33,841 nt of DNA from a virus. Taxonomy: Duplodnaviria > Caudoviricetes. The position numbers were made by a program, and so were the translations under genes. The DNA is taken from the IMG/VR virus record IMGVR_UViG_3300032225_000286, positions 1-33,841 of that record. One strand, 5' to 3'. Below the pieces are notes generated by a model that saw nothing but the letters and a program-made list of their open reading frames with translations, was not told where the DNA came from and ran no database searches. How positions within the stretch are numbered: the stretch's first letter is position 1; every line of letters starts with the position of its first letter. Of the stretch, positions 15,225-24,903 are shown in pieces.

Positions 15225-15245
15225 AGGGAGTTATTCACTCCCCTT
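15221..15245 (-). terminator. Intrinsic terminator ending the late/lysis operon
   Basis: AAGGGGAGT-GAATA-ACTCCCTTTTT immediately after the endolysin stop. Confidence 0.8.
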
Positions 15246-15249
15246 GGTA

Positions 15250-15684
15250 TTAGCTATAAACTCTTGTGCCCTGCTTATCAATGATGAGGGCTTGCTTTCT
15301 TGGCTTTCCAACAGGATCATTTGGAACGCTGATATGCGTCCATCTGTCGAATTCTCTGATGATTTGATCGTATGGTATGTCTGATGCAATTACGGCCTTC
15401 ACAACCTCATCTGGGGTCATGCTAAGCACACGAATATCAGCAGCGCAACCAACACGATGCTGAGAAGTATCTTTACTTCCGACTGCGTCATTAACCTGTT
15501 TAGACCTAAATGCTGAGTTAACCATAATTGGCTTATCGCCAAGTAATGTTTTGATTTGTTCAAGCAGTTCTGCCAAACGTTTAAGATTATTCTTTTCAAA
15601 GTCATTAGGTTCATTGGTGAATTCCCTGTGGTCAGTATGTGTGAGTTCTTCTAGTGAGAAGTGTGGGCTAAGAAGTGTAGTCAT
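15250..15684 (-). CDS. Endolysin, peptidase M15 family
   Basis: LSPHFSLEEL, SAFRS, SQHRVGCAADI, WTHIS zinc-ligand motifs. Confidence 0.9.
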   Translation of the reverse strand: MTTLLSPHFSLEELTHTDHREFTNEPNDFEKNNLKRLAELLEQIKTLLGDKPIMVNSAFRSKQVNDAVGSKDTSQHRVGCAADIRVLSMTPDEVVKAVIASDIPYDQIIREFDRWTHISVPNDPVGKPRKQALIIDKQGTRVYS

Positions 15685-16184
15685 TTGGATACAGGTGTAG
15701 AGTTGTGAATCATTGCGTCTTTGGCTTGTGAACCAGAAGAGCTACCAAAATAGAATGAGAGAACCAACATCAACGCACCATCCAGCGTACCCAGTACACG
15801 GGCAATCAATTCACGCATGGTAGGGTCAATGACATGGGTTAATAAGAACCATTGCACAGTAGCCCATGCAATCACAATCATGATTGACAAAGTAGGAGGC
15901 ACATAGCTTTGTGTGCTGATTTGCATTTGACGGGCGCTAGAACGATCAGCAACCGCTAGTTTCTCAAAGTCCAATCCCATCTCTTGCGCTCTTGCTTTTA
16001 ACGCCAGTTCAGCTTGTTGGATTGATGCTATCTGGTCAGCAGTTAACTTACCGCTATTGATGGCGTTTTGTACTTCGCTAGGTTCTATGCCCACCGCCTT
16101 GGAAACGGCTTCTATGGCCATGCCTGCCAATGGCCCACCAAGTGCAGTTGCAATCGTAGGTGCTATGCTTTTTAACCAATCCAT
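15681..16184 (-). CDS. Holin-like membrane protein
   Basis: Hydrophobic N-terminus (APTIATALGGPLAG), two C-terminal TM helices, FYFGSS motif; directly upstream of the endolysin. Confidence 0.75.
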   Translation of the reverse strand: MDWLKSIAPTIATALGGPLAGMAIEAVSKAVGIEPSEVQNAINSGKLTADQIASIQQAELALKARAQEMGLDFEKLAVADRSSARQMQISTQSYVPPTLSIMIVIAWATVQWFLLTHVIDPTMRELIARVLGTLDGALMLVLSFYFGSSSGSQAKDAMIHNSTPVSK

Positions 16185-16186
16185 GA

Positions 16187-16740
16187 TTAATCCTCTATAT
16201 GGTATTTAGATTTCTGATAGCTATCGTATACGTTGTATTCTAGCAACGCAAAGGTCAAGACCCAAACGAGAATCGATACGCAGATAGCGGCTCGAACAGA
16301 ATATTTCTCGATGAGAATCTGCCGTTTACGTTGAGCAAGTTCAATAGCCTTTTTTTTTGACGAGCTAACTCATTGCGTTCTTTTTCAACGACTTCACGCA
16401 TTTGTGCAAACTCTTCCCAAAGACCTGGCAACCCAATCTGATAGATAATCATCTCTCTCAGTTCAGTTTCCATCCTCTGCAATTCCCGTGTACGCATGAC
16501 ACGATTCATTGCCTCTTCATTAACATTAATGTCAACTTTAGGTTGTTCTTTGGATTGTTTTTCAGCGCTTACATATTCTTCTTTGCTGTTAAAAAACTTT
16601 CCAAGATGACCAGTAATCTCACCAATGATTTCTGATACATCTTTGCCATCTTCTTTGAATTGCTGATATATCTCAACGGCATTTCTGATGCCTTCATGGG
16701 CTAATTTGCACCCCTGATATACCACCATTAACTCAATCAT
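16187..16740 (-). CDS. Coiled-coil protein; 161 aa in frame 0 (stop 16255) or 184 aa with a TM anchor via -1 shift at the A9 run
   Basis: The -1 frame from 16358-16350 is open to TAA at 16189-16187 and encodes KAIELAQRKRQILIEKYSVRAAICVSILVWVLTFALLEYNVYDSYQKSKYHIED. Confidence 0.7.
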
Positions 16741-16940
16741 TTAAAAAACTTTTCACCAAGAAAATGGATTAACCCGCCAAACAATGACGCTAATGTCATT
16801 CCAACCCAAAGACCACCTTTTGATTTATTTGCCATTGCCAACAAGCATTTAATGTCAGTTGACATTTCAGACACTTGTGTTTCAAGCATTTCAACTTTAG
16901 CGATAAGTTGACCATATTGGATTGGATCAATGTCATTCAT
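16737..16940 (-). CDS. Small coiled-coil + TM protein (lysis-region, holin/XhlA-like)
   Basis: Heptad repeat followed by GGLWVGMTLASLFGGLIHFLG; ATGA coupling. Confidence 0.65.
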   Translation of the reverse strand: MNDIDPIQYGQLIAKVEMLETQVSEMSTDIKCLLAMANKSKGGLWVGMTLASLFGGLIHFLGEKFFK

Positions 16941-17488
16941 GTTTTTTGTATGAAAGCAAGTGAATAATAAAGTGGATTATTTGTGCCAGAACTGGTCACA
17001 GTTGAGCTAGAAGTAAATCCTCCATTGCTGCCAACAGAGTAAGAATTACCAGCACCCACCACGAATCTGTCTCTTAGGTCAGGAGTACCATTAGAGCCAT
17101 TACAAAGAACATAGCCACTAGGAATAGAACCAATAGAGCCAGACCACATAATGATCCCTCCTGCTGGAACGGCTGATACCGATGGGGTTGTTCCAATGAT
17201 TCCATAAAGGTTGTCGAGCGTTTGGATCGTGTTGTTGTTTGCATCAGTAAGAACGAATTTATAGTTGTAACCAGAAGTAAACCAAATCTCAGATGGGGTT
17301 CTGCCATCTGTGCCTAAAACAATAGGATTGGTGTTAGCAGTAGCACCTGTGCTATCTGTATAAGTAGCCAAGGGCGTGCTAGAGCCTGCTTGGTAGGTAT
17401 AGATATACCCACCTGCCAAAGGCACATTAGGCGTGGTGCTAGATAAAAATTGAAATCCATTGCCTACGGGGGAAAGATTGACTGCCAT
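16937..17488 (-). CDS. Miniature tail protein: virion-binding domain plus tail-collar domain
   Basis: PLAGGYIYTYQAG...NTNPIVLGTDGR (tailspike attachment-domain-like) and GGIIMWSG...GYVLCNGSNGTPDLRDRFVVGAG (collar). Confidence 0.75.
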   Translation of the reverse strand: MAVNLSPVGNGFQFLSSTTPNVPLAGGYIYTYQAGSSTPLATYTDSTGATANTNPIVLGTDGRTPSEIWFTSGYNYKFVLTDANNNTIQTLDNLYGIIGTTPSVSAVPAGGIIMWSGSIGSIPSGYVLCNGSNGTPDLRDRFVVGAGNSYSVGSNGGFTSSSTVTSSGTNNPLYYSLAFIQKT

Positions 17489-19542
17489 TATTTACCCTTT
17501 ACATTAATTGTTCCTAGATCGCTAAGTGTGCTTGGATTTGCATATTCTTGCACTTTCTTAGCTTTTTGTGCGCCTTTGTATTTCTGTGCGCCATAAGTTG
17601 CAATCGTTGCTATTGGTGCAGGAACGCCAGTAAGCGCAGAAGATGCGGCCATTTCGCCTAACGCTGACAACAAAGTAGATGTTGTGCCTGATGTGTTTAC
17701 AGTTCCCTGTGGGACTGTTTGCAAATCTTTGGTGAAGTCATTAAGTGTTCTAAAACGCTCTGCTTGTTTAGCGCCAAATAAGAAATCTAATTTGCCACTT
17801 TTATCCAAGGCTTTGATTTCTCTGTCAAGCGCAGCAGTTGATACATAAGGCTTGCCATTAATATCACGGCCTACACCTTTTGTTGCTTCTTGTCTGATTC
17901 TTTCAGCAGCAAATCCACGCAATTCTTTAGCTAATTGCTGACCATCTGCACCCATTTTTTCTAATGTTGCAAAGACTGCCTTAACATCAGCACCTGTTGA
18001 TCTAAATAAAAGTCTGTCAGCTAAACTTTCTAATGGAACGGCACGATCACTTGTGCCTTTTTTAATTCTGTTAATGTCTTTGATGATGCCTTGATCTTCA
18101 AATTCAGCTTCAAATGCTGCGTTTTTAGCACGGGCTTCTTTATACAAATCGCCACCTGCATTTTCAGTTGAGCTATCAATTTCTTTTCTTAATTGCTTGC
18201 TCAGTCTGATTGATCCTTTTTTGGATGGATCGGCTTCTTCATTGATCAGCTTGCGAATGTCTTCCATTGCATTAATGCTAATCATGCCCGTGCCGTTTGG
18301 ATCGTTAGCACGCAATTCTTCTTCAACAATAGCGTACAAAGGATTTTGCGCTTTTTTAGTTGGCCGTCCTTGTGTTTCTTTTTGAATCAGGTCAGTAATG
18401 CTTTTATAGGAAACGGGTTGTGCAGTCTCTCCAGCATCTTGTGCCTTCTTATAAGCATCAGATACTTCTTGATAGCGTGCATTTTTGTACTTGCCAACAG
18501 TATCAGCAACAGTTTTACCAAACTCAGGTAAATCCATGCCAACCATTTCCGCACCAGTAGCGTCAACTTCTGCTTGCAGATTGCGTTGCAATTTGTCGTT
18601 TTGCATTGCGTACTTATCTTGCAATGGTTGACCAAACTCAGGACTTTTAGCAGTCTCACGCTCAAACATGACATCACCAGGATTGCGTGTAATCTGACTT
18701 TTAGTTAAATCATCACCCATAGGTATCAACAATTCATTACCACGCTCTTGACGCAACCTAGCAGCATCTACTTCTGCTGCGCCCATACCTTTCATAGTAG
18801 GTGTTGCTTCGTAACGAATAGTTGGTAACTTTTGTTTGGCTTTTTCAAATGCTTCTTGCAAAGGTTGAACGGCAGTCTTAGCACCTTCCGCCATAATGCC
18901 TAATTCTTTGCCCGCTGCTTTACCTGCAATACCAAGACCTTTGCCAACAACAGGTGCGCCACCAATTCCAGCAAGGGCTAAATAATGTTCAACGTCTTGT
19001 TTGGGTATGCCAGTTTGTTGAGAAATATAATCAGCACCTTTGCCTACATTTTCGGCAATAAAGTTCATCAATTGTTGTGATGCTTCACCTTTGTAGCCTG
19101 GTGTTTCTGTTACACCAAATGCTTTACCAAATGGTTTGTCAACAGCACTCACAACCTGTTGTTGCGTCTTTGATGCTTCTTCTGGTGTTTGCCCAATAGC
19201 TCTAGCACCACCATAAGTAACCATTCCTGCGACTTGAGGAATGACTCCGCCCAAAGTAACATCTGCTAAAGATGCAGCGCCTTGACCAAGTTTAGATAAG
19301 AAACTAGTAGTACCACGATCTGCTGGTGCTGATGGTTGACCTTTGTAGGCATCCATCACGGCTTGATTTAATAACTCAGGTTCATACTCATTGGTTTCAC
19401 CCACAGTTGGCGCATTAGGATTAAATGTACTTAGTGGGCTTTTTTTAGGCGCAACCAAATCTTCATTCTTAAATGATTTCTTTTTGCCATAAGCAGAACT
19501 TACTGCTTTGTCTAATGCGTCAACTGAAAAATCATCCATCAT
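17488..19542 (-). CDS. Internal virion / DNA ejection protein (P22 gp16 position)
   Basis: 684 aa, helical, A/G/K-rich; synteny only. Confidence 0.6.
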   Translation of the reverse strand: MMDDFSVDALDKAVSSAYGKKKSFKNEDLVAPKKSPLSTFNPNAPTVGETNEYEPELLNQAVMDAYKGQPSAPADRGTTSFLSKLGQGAASLADVTLGGVIPQVAGMVTYGGARAIGQTPEEASKTQQQVVSAVDKPFGKAFGVTETPGYKGEASQQLMNFIAENVGKGADYISQQTGIPKQDVEHYLALAGIGGAPVVGKGLGIAGKAAGKELGIMAEGAKTAVQPLQEAFEKAKQKLPTIRYEATPTMKGMGAAEVDAARLRQERGNELLIPMGDDLTKSQITRNPGDVMFERETAKSPEFGQPLQDKYAMQNDKLQRNLQAEVDATGAEMVGMDLPEFGKTVADTVGKYKNARYQEVSDAYKKAQDAGETAQPVSYKSITDLIQKETQGRPTKKAQNPLYAIVEEELRANDPNGTGMISINAMEDIRKLINEEADPSKKGSIRLSKQLRKEIDSSTENAGGDLYKEARAKNAAFEAEFEDQGIIKDINRIKKGTSDRAVPLESLADRLLFRSTGADVKAVFATLEKMGADGQQLAKELRGFAAERIRQEATKGVGRDINGKPYVSTAALDREIKALDKSGKLDFLFGAKQAERFRTLNDFTKDLQTVPQGTVNTSGTTSTLLSALGEMAASSALTGVPAPIATIATYGAQKYKGAQKAKKVQEYANPSTLSDLGTINVKGK

Positions 19543-21002
19543 TGACCTTTAACAAGTTTGTTAAGAGTACCTGCTTTCAATAACAATTCTTGATAACCTT
19601 TAGAATTTGGCCCACCTAATGAATCAACAATACCTTTAATTTCATCAGTATCATTGTTTCTTACGGCATCCATTAAACGAATTGTATTTATATCTGCGGC
19701 TGTTGACCATTTATTTGTGAAATCACGACCAGCTAAAGGATTGTTTTTAGCAGCAGCAATTGATTTGTTTAAACCTTGATTAAACAACTCTGTGCTAGTA
19801 GACAACGCACGATTGATCCTAGCAGTTGATTTAATAGCATCTTTAGTCCAAGTTATATCACCTGAGACTTGGCTTGCTAAGTTTCTAGCAGCGTCTGTTC
19901 CTAATCCTGATGATGCAGCTAAATTAGCTGTTTCCAATGCCATGAAGTGACCTAACTTTTGTAAATTGTCAGCTTCATTTGTTGTAAATGGAATGGCAGC
20001 ATAACCACCACCTAGTTTAGCCAATGCTTGTGCGCCTGCACCTGTTAAAGTTTGATCTGCTAATTTAATAATTTGATTGTTATTAAACTGAGTTAATGCA
20101 ACACCTTTAGCCGCATCATTTGATTGTGCTTGTTTTAATCTCGCAGCATTAACAGTGTCTGTTGTTTCATATGGAGCTAATCTTGCTACTGCGTTTGATT
20201 GAGGCATTATTCCACTAGGAGCACCAGCAGGAACAGGCGGTGTATTGGCGGGCACATTTGCTTGTGGATTAACTCCTGATGGAATTTTTTGCTCACCTAA
20301 TAATGTGCCATCAGCAGAATAAACATAAGCTGTTGGATCATTTTCAGCATCAACTCTACCAGTAGGCACATATAATTGATTTGGCCCAAGTTCTTGTTTA
20401 AAAGACAAAACTTTTCTGTCTGTTTGATATGGTGATGTTGGTACTAAATTCTGATATGAACCAGTAGAAACACCAGTTGGAGGTGCATTTAATTGTGAGA
20501 ATTGCTGGGTACTTTGACCCATGTTAATAATATTTTTTAATGCTTGATGCAATTTATGTGGGTTTTCCATAGCCACATTTGTCAACTTATTTGTGTAGGC
20601 ATCAACAATCAAAGGGTCTATGCCTTTGTTTTCTAAGTTCTTTTTCATGTCCAAAATGGCCATGTGTGCAGCATCTTGTTGCTCTTTTCCTTTATGAGCA
20701 TTTTTGATCTCATCACTAGCGGCCAAAGCACCAAAACCACTTAAAACATCTTCTGCTTGTTTAGCATCTAATTCATATTTATTTTTTTTAGTGGCTATTT
20801 TGGATTGCTCAAATAATTCTTTTGAACGTCCAATTTCTGGTTCTTGCGTTTGTCTTTGTCTTTCAAGCTCAAGTTGCGCCTTTTCTAATTGCAAAGGCAT
20901 CAACTGCTGTTGTTGTTGGAATTGCTGTACGCCCTGTACTGTGCCTAGCAAATCACTTAGGCTACTACCTTTAAAGGTTGGATAATCGGTAAATACTGGC
21001 AT
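19539..21002 (-). CDS. Internal virion / DNA ejection protein (P22 gp20 position)
   Basis: Q-rich N-terminus; synteny only. Confidence 0.6.
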   Translation of the reverse strand: MPVFTDYPTFKGSSLSDLLGTVQGVQQFQQQQQLMPLQLEKAQLELERQRQTQEPEIGRSKELFEQSKIATKKNKYELDAKQAEDVLSGFGALAASDEIKNAHKGKEQQDAAHMAILDMKKNLENKGIDPLIVDAYTNKLTNVAMENPHKLHQALKNIINMGQSTQQFSQLNAPPTGVSTGSYQNLVPTSPYQTDRKVLSFKQELGPNQLYVPTGRVDAENDPTAYVYSADGTLLGEQKIPSGVNPQANVPANTPPVPAGAPSGIMPQSNAVARLAPYETTDTVNAARLKQAQSNDAAKGVALTQFNNNQIIKLADQTLTGAGAQALAKLGGGYAAIPFTTNEADNLQKLGHFMALETANLAASSGLGTDAARNLASQVSGDITWTKDAIKSTARINRALSTSTELFNQGLNKSIAAAKNNPLAGRDFTNKWSTAADINTIRLMDAVRNNDTDEIKGIVDSLGGPNSKGYQELLLKAGTLNKLVKGQ

Positions 21003-21011
21003 GATTTATCC

Positions 21012-22700
21012 TTATGCTAATTTCATATTTAGGTTAGTGCCTGGCGTGCCTGCAATCTGACTGACCAATGCGGCATTACCTAAGTTACTTAAAAGGTTTG
21101 CTTGGTTAACCGCTTGAGCAGTTTGTGCTCCTGCTTGTGATGCTGCCAATCCTGTGGTTACATTACCATAAGTATTTGCAAGGCTTGAACCAACAGAACC
21201 TAATTGACCTAATGATGTTTGGCCTAAACCTGCTGCGTTAGATAGATTTTGGTAAATGTTTTGGCGTTGGGTTTGGTAGTTGTTGAACGCATTTTGATAC
21301 GCATTACCTGCGTAGTTTTGCGTGAATTGGTTTAAACCTTGTAGTGTGTTACCGCTTAATAGACCACCACCAACATTAGCAGCATTACGATTTGCACCTT
21401 GACCTTGTGCAAGCATAAAGTCGTAATTAGGAGCTAAACCTGCTTGTAAGTCTTGTGCGTTAAATTGATGAGTCAAATATGGCGCTTCTTTGCCTATTTC
21501 GCTGACCGCACCTGATCCAAGGTTTTGATAAGGTTGTTGTGCTTGTGCGTACTGGTTGTAAAAACCACCCAATACATCTTGTACGTTTTGACCTGCTTGG
21601 GCTTGTGAGTTGGCAGCATTAGATATTGCTTTGCCAGTTCCTAACGCCCCAACAGTATTTAAAGCAGCAGAACCTAGCAATCCTGTTTGTAAAGGTGTAA
21701 GTCCTAATGCGTTTGTGCCTGTGTTAGTTGCAGTATTCAACGCTCCTGCACCAGCAATTCCTGTGTTGACATTGGCAAGCGTGCTACCAACAGGAGCAGT
21801 TGTGCCAGTTACACTAGGTGTGTTAGTTGTGCCAGTTGTAGCACCAACGGAAGCAGGAGTTACCCCACCAAAATTGTTAGTGCCGTAATTTGTAGTGCCA
21901 CCTGCACCTAAAACCGCATTAGGTACTGTTGAAGCACCTGTTGATGTAGGGATGGTCAAACCTTGGCCACCGCCCATTGATGCTAGATTGGCTGATCCTG
22001 ACGCTTGTAAACCTAGTCCATTGGTCAAACCCGTTGCAGGATTGACAGCCGTAGTGTCAAACAAGTTAGTGCCTGCACCTTGTGCTACATTTAAACCTTG
22101 GCCACTAGATGCGCCACCCAAAGAATAATCAGTAGCGCCTAAACCTGTTGTGTCACCAATTTGTCCATAATTAACGCCAGTATTTAGATCAGATAATGTA
22201 GAACCAGTTGGTGCGGTTTCTGCTCCACCACCTAATTGGCTACCTGCATACATTAACGCAGCTTGCGTAAGCAATGGCTTAATATCATTAATGCCACCAG
22301 CGAATCCACCTGCACCTGCGTTTAAGCCTACATTAAATACATTCTTTTTGGTAACTGGGGCAATCTGACCATTTTGGCCAACACCTGATGCAACCTGTAC
22401 CATAGCGCCATTGGACAAGGGCAAATTAATGGCTACACCACCATTTGGGGTTGATGTTACGTTGTAATTACCTGCAATCTGTTGACCAGTTTGGCTGTTA
22501 ATAAGTATGCTTTGACCAGAATTAGCATCATAGCCAAGAGAAACATTTCCAGTTGATAAGGCGGTTGCTAACTCAGGATGATCGGCAGCAGCTTGATTAA
22601 CCAACGCATCATTGGCTTGGCCATAACTTGTGCCAACGCCACCAGGGTTGCTTGTGGTAAACGCCTGATCTATCGCATTATTAACAGTTGAAATGTCCAT
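21012..22700 (-). CDS. DNA ejection protein, P22 gp7-like, with long N-terminal extension
   Basis: C-terminal QQPYQNLG...PNYDF...GGLLSGNTLQGL...YQNAFN pattern; G/T/N-rich. Confidence 0.7.
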   Translation of the reverse strand: MDISTVNNAIDQAFTTSNPGGVGTSYGQANDALVNQAAADHPELATALSTGNVSLGYDANSGQSILINSQTGQQIAGNYNVTSTPNGGVAINLPLSNGAMVQVASGVGQNGQIAPVTKKNVFNVGLNAGAGGFAGGINDIKPLLTQAALMYAGSQLGGGAETAPTGSTLSDLNTGVNYGQIGDTTGLGATDYSLGGASSGQGLNVAQGAGTNLFDTTAVNPATGLTNGLGLQASGSANLASMGGGQGLTIPTSTGASTVPNAVLGAGGTTNYGTNNFGGVTPASVGATTGTTNTPSVTGTTAPVGSTLANVNTGIAGAGALNTATNTGTNALGLTPLQTGLLGSAALNTVGALGTGKAISNAANSQAQAGQNVQDVLGGFYNQYAQAQQPYQNLGSGAVSEIGKEAPYLTHQFNAQDLQAGLAPNYDFMLAQGQGANRNAANVGGGLLSGNTLQGLNQFTQNYAGNAYQNAFNNYQTQRQNIYQNLSNAAGLGQTSLGQLGSVGSSLANTYGNVTTGLAASQAGAQTAQAVNQANLLSNLGNAALVSQIAGTPGTNLNMKLA

Positions 22701-22708
22701 TTTTCCCC

Positions 22709-22942
22709 CTATACATTGTAATATGGTACTTTAAAAGGTTGACCATTTACAGTAATATTTATAAACCCCACGGGTTGTGCTGGTAGCGTTGCCGATCCAG
22801 TTGTTGCCGTAGTAGCCGAGGAGAAGTTCAACAAGTTAAGAAAAAACTGTTGCCATGCCCTAGTTGGCCGATTTGTCACTTTGTCCAAAAATTCTGTCTG
22901 TGGATAAGGCTGAATCTGCTTGGTGTTAGTGGTAATGCTCAA
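22709..22942 (-). CDS. Small virion protein (gp26 position)
   Basis: TRAWQQFFLNL motif; follows gp10. Confidence 0.55.
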   Translation of the reverse strand: MSITTNTKQIQPYPQTEFLDKVTNRPTRAWQQFFLNLLNFSSATTATTGSATLPAQPVGFINITVNGQPFKVPYYNV

Positions 22943-24903
22943 TTCTCACCTCCACTAGCCTTCAAGTTAGCAGAAACAATCACCGCCTTTACAGGATCGC
23001 TAACCACCACCTCAAACACTCGATCTCTAGCCGTACCCAATCGTCTCCAAATGGCACGATTCTGGTACTTACCCAATGCCCCTATTGTAGTCCAATGTTC
23101 GTTAGACCATGTACTTCCACCATCATCTGACCACCTTAACATCGCTTGTGGGTTAGTTGTAGGCGTTTGGCTATTAATCGCACTTTGGATGCCCAAAACC
23201 ACAGTCTGAGCAGCAGGAATGGTCAGGGTTGCGGTTGGCGCAATGTAATAGGGAGCTTGGATAAAGATGTTCTGATTTTGTGACAAACCCGTTGTGCCGA
23301 CACCAGGCTGAAACTGTATTTGCAATTCCTCAAAATATTGGCGTTGGAAGTCAGAAACTAGGTGTGGTGCTCTTCGTAAACGCCTAACATTAACTCCGTC
23401 ATCGGTGTAGTTGAATTTGTCCAGTTCATATATCTTTCCGTTGGCGTAATCACCCACCAAGACCATGCCTTGGAACTCGGCACAACAATTACCACGATGA
23501 CGAGAGTACGTTCCCGTTGTGTCCGTGTATAACCACTTATGCCACATTCCAGAGGCAATATCGTACGCCCATGTGATATTGATTGTAGGAAACGATACAA
23601 CATAGACTTCATGCCCTTCTAACTGATATGTCCAAGCAATTGCGTCATCAATGTACTGGTTAACCAAAGAATATTCCACCGCATGGGTAGATATTCTTGT
23701 GGGTTTATAACCCTGCATCATCATGATTTGACCTTGGCCACGCAAATTACGACTCACATAGGCAAATGAATCGCCTAGACGGGACACACTAAATTGGGCA
23801 GCAATACCATGTTGGGTAGAAGTGCCTGGGATTCTTTGGAACGGGAACGGAAAAGCACCCACATCTACCCACACCTCAGATGATGCCTCACCCAGCAAGT
23901 AAACCTCTCTGTGGTCTACAATCAGAGCCACTAGGTTGTCAGGCGCACCATCCTTAGATGCAAATGACAAGGCTTGGCTGACGGGACTCAGGGCATCAGA
24001 CGCACCCCATTGTTGGCTAGATGGGCGTGAGTAAACAAAATAATTGTCCACAATATCGACTGTTGTACCGCCACTAAACGCCCCATCATTAGATGGAATA
24101 ACTGTAAAGTTAAGTGCATACATGGTTTCAGATGCAACAGATGTGTTGCTAGAGACTGTGTATTGATTAAAGCCACCAGATGGGGTCAGGATGGCCGTAA
24201 CCATCGTGTTGGCAGGTACGCTAACCCCTTGTATCGTTTGCCCTAAATATAGCGTTGCAGTCGTTGCTAACTGAGCGTTGGTTGATCCTGATGTCAATGT
24301 GCCAGTAAAGGATTGCGTTGTAGAGCTATTCATTAAAGTAGCTGCAACAGTCTGAGACACATTGATTGTCCAAGTAGTGCCTGATCCACCAGTAATCACA
24401 GTCTCTTGAGATACGCCAACGCCAAACAAAGCCTGACCAATGGCAATAGTACCGCTTTGGATATTACTTACAGTCAGAGTTGTGCCTGATATAGAACCCG
24501 TAAAGATAGCAGTTGATGGGCTAGAAATACGCCATGTATAGCGATAAGTGCCATCTACAATGTAAACATTGACCCCGTTGTCAGTAATGTTAACCCTGCC
24601 ACTATTGGTATTGAGAATACCCACAATCGTAGGTGATAAGGTGCTAGACAAGACATAAACATAAGCACCACAGACGGCAATCATTTGTTGACCACCGCTA
24701 ACTGTACGCAACCCACGGACTTCAGCACCAGCAGGCAATACGACTTGCGTGGTTAATCCTACTGTTGGATAAAGCGCAATAACGCCACGCTCGCCAGGTT
24801 GCTTTGTAGGGTCAACTTCTGGAAAGAAATTAATGCACTCAGAATCGTTCTGATATATGGATGGTGCTGTGTAAGATGCTCCGACAAAGTTAAAGTCTGG
24901 CAT
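22939..24903 (-). CDS. Tail hub / DNA-stabilisation protein, P22 gp10-like
   Basis: SKDGAPDNLVA, YQLEGHEVYV, MLRWSDDGGSTWS, IWRRLG motifs. Confidence 0.9.
   Translation of the reverse strand: MPDFNFVGASYTAPSIYQNDSECINFFPEVDPTKQPGERGVIALYPTVGLTTQVVLPAGAEVRGLRTVSGGQQMIAVCGAYVYVLSSTLSPTIVGILNTNSGRVNITDNGVNVYIVDGTYRYTWRISSPSTAIFTGSISGTTLTVSNIQSGTIAIGQALFGVGVSQETVITGGSGTTWTINVSQTVAATLMNSSTTQSFTGTLTSGSTNAQLATTATLYLGQTIQGVSVPANTMVTAILTPSGGFNQYTVSSNTSVASETMYALNFTVIPSNDGAFSGGTTVDIVDNYFVYSRPSSQQWGASDALSPVSQALSFASKDGAPDNLVALIVDHREVYLLGEASSEVWVDVGAFPFPFQRIPGTSTQHGIAAQFSVSRLGDSFAYVSRNLRGQGQIMMMQGYKPTRISTHAVEYSLVNQYIDDAIAWTYQLEGHEVYVVSFPTINITWAYDIASGMWHKWLYTDTTGTYSRHRGNCCAEFQGMVLVGDYANGKIYELDKFNYTDDGVNVRRLRRAPHLVSDFQRQYFEELQIQFQPGVGTTGLSQNQNIFIQAPYYIAPTATLTIPAAQTVVLGIQSAINSQTPTTNPQAMLRWSDDGGSTWSNEHWTTIGALGKYQNRAIWRRLGTARDRVFEVVVSDPVKAVIVSANLKASGGEN

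Noticed and set aside
15185-15238. N-terminal extension of the GNAT ORF given in the track
   Set aside because: The region consists of the lysis terminator and a promoter-like motif; ATG 15184 is the better start.
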